Assembly (NCBI GenBank): GCA_040954595.2
Contig: CM082585.2
Coordinates: 12,466,127 to 12,530,126, forward strand
Direction: 5' to 3'
DNA: 64,000 nucleotides
Origin: Balanoglossus misakiensis
Lineage: Eukaryota; Animalia; Hemichordata
Below are positions 54,238 to 64,000 of this stretch, piece by piece. The notes under the pieces were generated by a model. It was not told the origin of the DNA. It worked only from the letters and a program-made list of their open reading frames with translations, and did not search any database. Numbering within the stretch: position 1 is the stretch's first letter; each line of letters opens with the position of its first letter. Position numbers and translations under genes: made by a program.

Positions 54238-56165
54238 ATGAGTAAAGCTGATAGCAGAAGTGGAGCCAAGGCTCTTTTTGAACTTATCATAGGATTTCAA
54301 AAATCAAAGGTAACTGTCACTAATGTGATCAATTCAGAGATGTTGCCATGGGAACGTAAGGGACCGGTCGTAACATACCATACGCATGTGCGCGCGCGAA
54401 TTTTCTGCATTGAATGATGTCAACATTTTGAATAGAATGCTGCTAGAACGGTACTGCTGGGATAATATATGTGTACTTCAACGAGGTAGAAGTGAGTAAA
54501 CCATGTTTTTTTTCAGAATAAACTTGCTCACAAATATAATTTCTTTGGATTGTTTGCTGGTGACTAACGAATCTGAAATTTTCTTTAGGTTTTGTTTGCT
54601 GCATGCGAACTTGGTGTCTTTGATGTTTTGGCAAAAAGTGGGGCAGGAGGCCAAACGACAGAACAGCTTGCGACTGAAATGTCTACTGATGTCGATGCCA
54701 CGGAAAGGTTTCTCAATGCCTGTGTCAGTTTGGATCTTCTGAAAAAGTCATGGAATGATGACAAACAAGGTGAGAATAGACATAAAAATGGATGGCAAGT
54801 AGATCAGTGGGCGAGCCAATTTTTTGTCAGACAGTAATATCTATGGTGATGGGTGGGTGAGTTGATGGATGGATGGCCGGACGGATGGACGAATGGGCAG
54901 ACGAATATAGAGAAAGACAGACTGAGGCTGGGGTAAACTTTTAAGGTATTATTTCTTGATTTTATGAGCAAGTTTATTGAGTAGCCTTGCTGTAAATGCT
55001 CGTTGGTTACGTTTCAGCACGAGCTGAAACAGAAAACATCTTAAACATTGTTTAATACCAGTAACACGTTTTAACAATAAACCTTTCAGCACTGTATTCT
55101 AACTCTGAGGCAGCTGCAGCCTACCTTACATCCGACGCCGAATCGTCTCTGAAGGGTTTAGCACAATTTGCCAATAAGACGACCTGGCCATTGATGACAA
55201 ACTTAGAACATGCCGTAAAAGAGGGTAAAGAGCAACGTAAGAGGACCTTTGGTGCTGAGGGAGAGAAACTCTACCAGAAAGTCTACGCAGACGAAAAATA
55301 TACTCTTAATTTCTTGGGTGGAATGCACGGATTCTCAACGATGGCTGCTCAATCTGTAGCTAGGGCATTTGACTTGTCTGAGTTTAAAACAGTTTGTGAT
55401 TTCGGAGGTTAGTCGAGAAATATTGGATTTTGTCAATTAATATATCAAGTTAACACCATATACCTTACATTTTTTCTCGATTATGCCAAGTTCACGAATT
55501 TACGAACTTGGGTTTCTGTTAATTTTCAGGCGGAAGTGGTGCACTGGCTTATGAAATGAGTCTGCTCAATCCTCAAATGTCAATCACAGTCCTCGATCTC
55601 CCACCAGTTGCCACAGCAGCCAAACATTTTGAACCCAAAGACGGCATCAAGCGTAATGTACAGTTCTTAGCTGGAGACTTTTTCGTCGATGAGTTGCCGG
55701 AAGCCGATCTCTATGTTTTCTCGTTAGTTTTCCATAACTGGCAGGCCAGCAAAATTTGCCAGTTACTGAAGAAACTGCATAAAGTGTTGAAACCTGGTGC
55801 GTTGTCTTTGAAATATAGCAATACCTTTTTGTATTATGTAGGCGATATGTGTACATTATACCGGCTTGTTTCCGATGCGTAATTTCAGCGAAAAACGCCA
55901 TACTAGCCTATTAATGCTAAAACAAAACGTTTCAATATTCCAACCACCAGGTGGCGCTGTTCTTGTCGCTGAGCACTTGTACAATGACGAAAAGACGGGT
56001 CCTGCACAAGCCGCGATGAGATGCATGATGATGTTGGCAGGTACAGAGGGGAGAGAGCGGTCAGGTGAAGAATACCGCCGAATTTTAGAAGAAGGCGGGT
56101 TTGGAGACATAGAGGTTAAGCGTATGGGATTTTTCCAAGATGCGATTTTGGCGAGACGAAAATAG
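54238..56165 (+). CDS. ASMT: Acetylserotonin O-methyltransferase-like (class II O-MTase), 5 coding exons
   Basis: Exons 54238-54309, 54589-54769, 55090-55407, 55530-55796, 55951-56165. Motifs VLFAACELGVFDVLA, AFDLSEFKTVCDFGGGSGALA (SAM motif I), GDFFVDELPEADLY, TEGRERS. Orthology versus ASMT-like paralogues is not established. Confidence 0.85.
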
Positions 56166-56978
56166 TTTAGGCCTAGATGTACGTATTCAATTTTCAGACC
56201 CCTCTTTGTACAAACCACTCGAGCGATAAAGCTGGTGAAAATTCTCCTCTTGTGAACGGAGATGCTTTTCTTTTAGATATTTTTATCGGATGTATATTTT
56301 GCAAGAACACAATAATTTTTGGTGCCAATATAGTGACTTGTCAAGGATCGAATACGCTTCGTCCGTCGTTGCAGTGAACTTTATATCTTCTTTGCTGGTA
56401 GACATTGTGAGAGAAGTTCAAATAAGGCGAATAAACAACGTTATTTTTCACTTGCAACTACTTCTATTTGAATTAAAAATGTGGTATTTTAAAGAAAGCA
56501 GCTACTTAGAAACAACATCCAAAATTTCCCAAGTGTATTCCACAATAAACAGAACGTAGGCCTATATATTTTTCAATCCGCGCCATCACCAGTTTTTTTA
56601 TTATAGTCAATGTGTTTATTAAAATTAATAAAATGGTGTAAGAGTTGTACAAGTATGGTCAGCGTTATAAGAGTAAAAGTATAAATTCTTAAATTCTTAA
56701 ATAACGACGTCGACGACGACGACAATGATGATGATGATGTGCACATTTATACCACTTTATTTATCCGTCCAAATAGCCTAATCTCACATTTGCATCTGCA
56801 ACTTTTGTTTTTGACATGACATCGCGACTCGACACCAAATATTCAGGCTTAGGCCTACTCCGCCACGACAACCACAAAAAGGCCGAATTGAATCTTTTCT
56901 GCCAACACCCAAAGTCAATATTTCACGGATAGTAAACGTTTCATCAGTGTTTCGCAGAAGGTCAATCTGCACTTGTTG

Positions 56979-57568
56979 TAGCTCTGGACTTATGCGCTGT
57001 TTGGGTCTACGCTGCTCTCCGTCCCCCACAGCTATGGAGCCATGCGTAGGAAATCCTGTTGGGTTGCGGAGCAAAATGATTCGCACCGATTTTCAAACAA
57101 TAAACTACATGAACATGTACATAATGTTGTCAGAAATAAAGATCGAACGAAGATTTCACAAATGGGAACCTACTTGACGTGTTTGTCGCCGAATCGTAAA
57201 CGTCGTTAACGCAACGCCGTAAAACTGGTGACCCTCCCATACAAACACGCCGAGTAAAACACGTGTCGATCACATGACTTAAATGAAGGTGAACGTCCAT
57301 GTTTGCATGGGAGGGTCACCAGTTTTACGGCGCTGCGTTAACGACGTTTACGATTCGGCGACAAACACGTCAAGTAGGTTCCCATTTGTGAAATTTTCGT
57401 TCGATCTTTATTTCTGACAACATTATGTACATGTTCATGTAGTTTATTGTTTGAAAATCGGTGCGAATCATTTTGCTCCGCAACCCAACAGGATTTCCTA
57501 CGCATGGCTCCATAGCTGTGGGGGACGGAGAGCAGCGTAGACCCAAACAGCGCATAAGTCCAGAGCTA
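56979..57568. mobile_element. 590-bp foldback element (MULE/Foldback-like) with 9-bp TSD
   Basis: 269-bp inverted arms 56979-57247 and 57300-57568 (about 3 mismatches seen) around a 52-bp spacer. TSD CACTTGTTG at 56970-56978 and 57569-57577. Confidence 0.92.
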
Positions 57569-57631
57569 CACTTGTTGCAGATCCGTATTCAAAACGTCGG
57601 GTCAAAGGTCACTGTCCCGGGACCCTTCAGA

Positions 57632-60600
57632 ATGGCGGAGTCCGAAGGGGTGCCAGTGAGCGTCCGAATTTTAGAAAGTTTACGGATCAAAATAGGTAAG
57701 GTTTGAAACCAGAGACATGAACTAACACAATTCATAATAGTTTATGTTGAAAAATGGCCATGACTTGAGTTATTTTGAATTTTTTTTTCGTAAAGTTGTC
57801 GTTTGTAGGTCAATATTGTGATGATTTCCTCGTGTGATAAAATGTCGTTCATCGTTCCTTGTGTTTGGAAGCTGTCAAAAGCACGTCGCGCCGTTTACGT
57901 CCGAGTCATGACCATATTGCTAAGTATGGCTGGATTTTCTGGCTAAACTTTGTTAATGTCTAACCAACCGGTTTGGTGTGATATTTTGTGTCGGTCGCTA
58001 TTTACGCTAAAATCGAAAATGTTTCACCAACTTAACCATTCACCCTAGAGGAGAAGAACCTATATTGACAGGATTACGTATACGGTACGTCCATGCATGA
58101 TGTAGTAGTACCAACTCTTGAAGTTGGAAAAATAAACAACGTAAAACATGGCACGTATCATTTAATAACAGTGACCTTGTTTTTGCAAACTTATTAGCAT
58201 TTTCTTAATGTAACTTTAACATAGTGGGTCAATGTTTTATTCGAATGTCTTTGCAGCTTTATTTCATAGCTGCATTTGGCAAACTATAACATCTATTTTT
58301 CTCACACTACTGGCATGCTTGGAGTGTGAGAACAGAGTGTGAGAACAAATTGTTCTCACACTCTCACTGAATCGAAAGCTGTATATGACGCGAGCGCTGA
58401 TTGGTTGAAAAAGCCTTCATTTGCAAACGCGCACTAAATGTTATCCAATGGCGCGATGTGTATTACAGGGACAGAGACTACAACATGCCCAGACGACAGT
58501 TCCGGAGTCATTTATTCAATGTTTTTTAACAAATTTGGCTAATTTGTGACCGTGTGAGAAAAATAATCTCACACACCAAGGACCTGGGATCATATTTCTC
58601 ACACTCGACGGGGATATTCTGTCCCACACTCGCCTGCGGCTCGCGTGGGACAGAAAATCCCCAACTCGTGTGAGAAATATGATCCCAGGTCCTTGGGAGT
58701 GTGAGATTCTATTAGTCTTGTTCATGCCTGATGCAGTTACATGGGTGCTACAGGGCGGAAATTTGGATGGGTTGAGTTGTGCGGTTGGTCTGTGTAACTG
58801 GTTGAATGCAATATACACATACTGTAACAGACATGTTGTGTGCTAAAAAATAGAAAATACATTAAGTACATTTTGTATTCATGGCACCACTTTCATTACA
58901 ACCAGGGTTGAGCTATTATCCACTAGCCCGAGCTCATGGGTCAGTAGATTTTATGACTGAGGTAGCCTGTAGCTTTTTTTTCTCTCTGAATAGCTTGACC
59001 ACAGTAAGACTTGCCTGACATATAGACAAACCAGTTGTTTGGGGTACAGGTAAGCTGAAAAAATAGCTGGAAAAATTTCAGAAGTGTGGAATCTTGATCC
59101 AAGGGCAGAGCTCAATGTTGGAGTGGGAAAGATGGTCGAATTCCTTTGGGAGAAGAGTAGCTGGATGGGAAAGGCAGACACTGGCATTGAACTGATAGGC
59201 TAGGCCGGGCTGGTTGACCATTATAGTTACTAGACATTGGACTATAATAATATTTATCATATTGCATTAATTTTCAGGAGAAGTCAAAAACTTAGGTGGA
59301 CCTAGTGGTGGTAGTAAAGATTCATTTTGTTCTGTCAAGTTAGACCAGGAAGAGATTTATCGTACTGCAGTTCAAGAGAAAACAAACAAGTAAGTTGAAT
59401 GTGATTCAAACAAATATGTTTATCCTTGATGAGATCAACTTTAGAATGTTTTTGTTTCCCTCCCCCCCCCCCCCCCCCAAAAAAAAGATCACGATTCACC
59501 TATAGAAAATGTCCACAGGAAAGCACTAAGCAATACTGCATTGAATTGCATATAGATTATCAACGGTGTCACCATCTCATTAATTAAGTTAACTGTTATT
59601 CACGAATTGATTAAATGTTCTGCCAAAGAGGGAAGTATCTGTGAATTTTGACCTTTTTTTTTCATTTTTGTTCTGTGTATTCTACTAAATAGCAACAGAT
59701 TGTTGCCTATTTCAGGTTACATCATGAAGTACTATTAAACATTATAGTTTTCATTTGAAGAACTAATATAACATAGGAAGTGATGAGGAACTTGGAAACT
59801 TTTCCATAATAATTGTATTATTTGTACTTCTGCACCATTACTATGTGAACAATGACATTAATATATTTGATTTATCTATAGTCCATTTTATGCAGAAGAA
59901 TTTGAATTTGATGTTCCAAGAAGATTTCGGACTTTGGGATTCTACATTTATGACAAAGACCGCATGAAACGATCAGATGCTGTGATTGGTAAAACCAGTA
60001 TACGTCGTGATGAGTTACATCAAAACCATGGACATGATCACTGGCTCAGCTTAAAACCTGTAGATGCTGATTCTGAAGTTCAGGTATCAATTTTCACACT
60101 TGTGATGAAAATCCGACATTTGAAGGCATAAGGTGTTTTGATTGAATATTTGAACTTATTTCTTTAATTATACTTTAATATAAAAATCAATAACTTTGTC
60201 TTTTCACAGGAACATATTTTGTAAACTTAAATTATTGACAAAAGATTATTTCTATTTTACAGGGTCAGGTGCATATAGAAATCCGTTACAATGAGTTGTT
60301 GAGTGAATCAGGAACATCACTGAACAAAGTTGCCGTAAGGTAAGTGGCTTGAATTTTGTCAGCAATTAAAGTGGCATCAATATTTATTTATCAAGGCCAT
60401 AATTGAGAGACAAACAAATTGACATCATACATTTACTGACAACATGCACAATTTTCTATTTTCTTCAATTTTTTGAATGTTGGTGTTACAACATACAAGT
60501 GCCTACTTTACCTCATACAAAAAACAACAACAAAAGTTTACAGTGATAATTATAACTGTGATTACTAATTCTGCACACTTTCATTTCAGAGTTATTGAAG

Positions 60601-62920
60601 GAAGTGATCTGACTATTGTTAATGGACAATGTGATCCTTATGCTACAGTGACGTACACTTCGCAAGCCAGGCAAGTTACTGAACTCTGATCCAAGACCAC
60701 CTTTCTATGTAATATTGGAAAGAAAGCAATGCACCATTGTCTAACAGTGACAAATTATTTTGACATAACCAATCATTTGTTAACTTTGTTCTGAAGTATA
60801 GATTTTGCATGTAACTTTCTTTTTTACTGCAAAATCTCTGTTCACTATTAAAATGTTCATAACATGATTGTTGATTATATTTGGTAGGTCTGAAACAAAG
60901 AAAACAAAAGTACGAAGGAAAACAGTGAATCCTCATTTTGATGAAATGTTTTCCTTTGAGGTAAGTGGTGATTGTTTTGTAATGATGTATTTATGATCAT
61001 TGTGCAAACAATAGAACAATGTCATAATCGTTCCAGTGTTGTGTAATAATTACAAAAACAACAGGTCTTACTTCAACTTTTTCTCATGTTGACAGCTACA
61101 AAGACAGTCCAATTCCAATGGTGATAAAACGTCATTCCAACCACTCTGTACAGAAGATGTCAGTAAAATAGAAATTCGGTAAGATAGCACCTTCTCGAAG
61201 TTTAGCTGTGTGCGACTTTTATATGAAAATTTCTGGTATAGATCTGATCAGTATTCGTTGTATGTCTATTTCTGATATTGTTTTAAATTTTATATTTCTG
61301 TGTTTCATGTAATTTTATCAATTTTGCTATGCAGTCACACTTTTTTATTCATGTTGATTATTCACCAATTTTGCATTTAATTAATTTTATTTCTAATACA
61401 TTGATTAATCCATGAATTGTTATGGTAATTCCTTCTTCAGAGTATCAATATGGAATGCACTTAATGCATCAATTCTCAGCTCAGGGAAATTCAATGATGT
61501 GTTCATTGGAGAGGTGAAGGTGTTGCTAGGTGATATTGATTTCTCCCATGGCAACCATAAGGCATGGTAAGAATGACCAGCTGAGTTATTTCTGTAAAAA
61601 TAAGGAGTATTCCATTTATACATGGTACTTGCAATTTCTAGGCCAATAGACCTGGAAATGCCTGTATTTTGTTTCTATAGTAACACACTTCCTCAAAGAA
61701 GATTCTTGCAGATTACAATGTCCTCCAACTATATTGAGTGTCAGTTAATTAATTTCAGACAAATTAAGGATCATCTTAGAGTACTGTAGTCAGTTATTAA
61801 CTTCAAGGTTTTGAATAGATCTATAGTTTAGTCTGGTTGTCACTTGGCGGCGTGATGGTCCCTAGGCCAGAAGCAAAAACTGAATTTGTTTGTGGTACAT
61901 TTTAACCCCATAAATCTGAACCTGACACCCAGAATCAGAAATACTCTATAGTAAATACTTTGACAAAATTTTAACTGTATCAGTGTATGTTATCATGAGT
62001 TTGCATCTTGCGGATGTGTTTTATTAGCACAAACCACACTTTGATCAACATGCTTCTAAAACATTGATTCAGTAAAATATACTGTCTTCAGTTAAATGTG
62101 CGGTTACTCAGACTTTGCTGTGTATCTTTCTACAGGTACTTCTTACGTCCTAGGGATACACCAACAAAGTCTTCCAAGGGAGAGTTGGGGTCATTACGTG
62201 TACAAATTCACTATCATGAAGATCATGTCTTTCCATCTCAGTCTTACCAGAATTTAAAACGAATTTTACTGAAATCACCAGAGGTGAAGGTAAGAACCAC
62301 TACATATGATGTGATTTATTGCACTTCAGGCGATGATTTGGTGTCATATGTTAAATGTTTGTTGCTTTCAGCCAATTACGTCCAGTGCAGCTTACCTCCT
62401 TGGTGAAATCCACAGAGACAAGCAAAGTACAGCAAGGTCCTTGGTGAAACTCTTCTACCATCACAACTCAATCATTGATCTGCTAGGTGCATTGGCTGAT
62501 CATGAAATCTCCAAAACTTCGTAAGTATTTAGCGAAGTGTGATCCAAAAATGTTGTTAACCAATCAATCATATCAATAAAGCAGGATTATAAAATCTTGT
62601 TTTTCAAGTGTTCTATCAATTGTCATTATATTTCATAATGCCACTTCATTGATTGCCTTGAACTCCCAAAATATGATAAATAACTTTTTAATAGTACAAT
62701 GTCTCAATGGCACATTTTATTATCTTTCAGGAATAGTAACACATTATTCCGTGGAAACACATTGACAACAAAATGTATTGATGAATACATGAAACTGGAA
62801 GGACACCATTATTTACAGGATACACTAAAGAAGGTCATCGATGAAATTTATGAGGAACACTTGCCATGTGAAATTGATCCTCTGAAATTACGGGATGGCG
62901 AGAATTTACAGAATAATCTG
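57632..62920 (+). CDS. RASA3: Ras GTPase-activating protein, GAP1 family (C2-C2-RasGAP), 3' part beyond the window
   Basis: [27 protein letters not shown]...[92 protein letters not shown]...[14 protein letters not shown]. Confidence 0.93.
58294..58714. mobile_element. Non-autonomous palindromic element (A...A' plus terminal hairpin; possibly Crypton-like)
   Basis: TATTTTTCTCACAC (58294) is inverted at 58552-58565, followed by an imperfect hairpin of about 144 nt (58565-58708) centred on CTCGCCTGCGGCTCG. Multiple CTCACAC/GTGTGAG motifs. Confidence 0.65.
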
Positions 62921-63047
62921 GTAGGTTTTGATTGTAGACTAGACCAGCCTTATAGCAACTTAGTCCATCTCTCTGTCACATGGAAACCTAGTCACATTTC
63001 TGTAAGAATTTAGAATAATTTCCAGTTAATACTCATCACATCAGTGA

Positions 63048-63776
63048 CCTTATTATACACCTACTGCTGTAACCTATGGAGTTCCGTAATACAATAATTC
63101 GCGGTATCACCGTACAATAATTATTCAAATGAGGACGCGGAGTCCAATAACACCAGGGTTATTGGACGCATTGTGACTTTGACCTCACAGGACTGGTGAT
63201 AAATGTAAACAATGATGATATTAACCCTACTCTGACAAAAATTTATATAAAAAGTACACAGCCGTTATTAAACAAAATTATTGGTGACCCAAGATGCGAA
63301 ATAAGTCAAAATCCAAGCTGAAATTTCAGTCGAAGGAATCTGTGAACGAACAGGCGAGCGCGTTTATTTCAAGTTCCAGCCACGAGCTCAGCGCAAGCAG
63401 CGTAGAACGTCGCGCGCGAGACAGGCAGTTCGACACTAGCATCACCTGATGCGCGAGGTGAAGGCGCGTTACATCATGGCGGTGTCTGAAAACTAGAAAG
63501 TCCGATAGCGGCCAATTTATTCTTTATCGTTCATGAAGAACGTTCAGAAAAGGTGTATAATAATAAGGTTATTCACAAAAAACCGGGATTTATGTCCTCG
63601 TACGTCGTACGCTTCGGTATTGTCCCATATTTGTTTCATATTTCTTTAAAGAATATTTTTTTCTTCAAATCTTTATTAGTTGTAAATCCACATCAGAGTA
63701 TTCCACTGACAATACCTCCGCTGTACGATGTACTTGGACATAAATCCCGGTATTTTGTGAATAACCTTATATTATT
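63048..63776. mobile_element. Non-autonomous palindromic element (A...A' plus terminal hairpin; possibly Crypton-like)
   Basis: CCTTATTATACACCT (63048) is inverted at about 63551, followed by imperfect inverted arms of about 65 bp (63559-63624 and 63708-63776). CpG-rich interior inside an AT-rich intron. Confidence 0.65.
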
Positions 63777-64000
63777 AGAATGTTTGGTATAAAACATGCA
63801 AAGAAATCTTTTAACTGCTGTAAAACTGACAGGATGGCAAAATCAAAGGGTGTATTGTAAGTCTAGGTTGACATTCCACATCAGAGTTGTACCTCTGACC
63901 TTTGGAAGTAAAGGTTTACGGAACCAACATTGCTTATCATTTCAACACTTCAGTACTCATTCTATAGAAATATTTCCTGACGGAAGTCAGTGAGCTATAA

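Noticed and set aside
56784-57706. Duplicate ORFs MRIILLRNPTGFPTHG... and MRCLGLRCSPSP... on both strands
   Set aside because: They are artefacts of the foldback element's inverted arms.
1-64000. Most short ORFs in the supplied track as independent genes; prokaryotic features such as operons or CRISPR arrays
   Set aside because: The DNA is eukaryotic and spliced. The ORFs are exon read-throughs, antisense shadows or random frames. No regularly spaced repeat-spacer array was seen.

Overview
AT-rich, intron-rich genomic DNA from an invertebrate animal (probably a non-vertebrate deuterostome; this is inference from protein similarity and gene order). The ORF track mostly shows exon fragments and spurious frames. 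Genes recognised by manual splicing: WDR44 (+, 5'-truncated), COPS9 (-), a two-domain LAMP (+), a tandem single-domain LAMP paralogue (+), an unrecognised 72-aa three-exon microprotein (-), an LDL-receptor-family YWTD/EGF/Sushi receptor with no visible LDL-A repeats (+), NALF/FAM155 (-), WRAP53/TCAB1 (-), ASMT-like O-methyltransferase (+) and RASA3/GAP1 (+, 3'-truncated), plus several palindromic non-autonomous transposons. The standout observation is in the receptor's 3' region: five dispersed copies of one stem-loop (5-bp lower stem, bulged C, 5-bp upper stem, loop with invariant AG). This is the geometry of iron-responsive elements and the same count and location as in vertebrate transferrin receptor mRNA, but with non-canonical loops. 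It suggests an undescribed post-transcriptionally regulated uptake receptor. All calls were made by eye; no database search or folding program was run.
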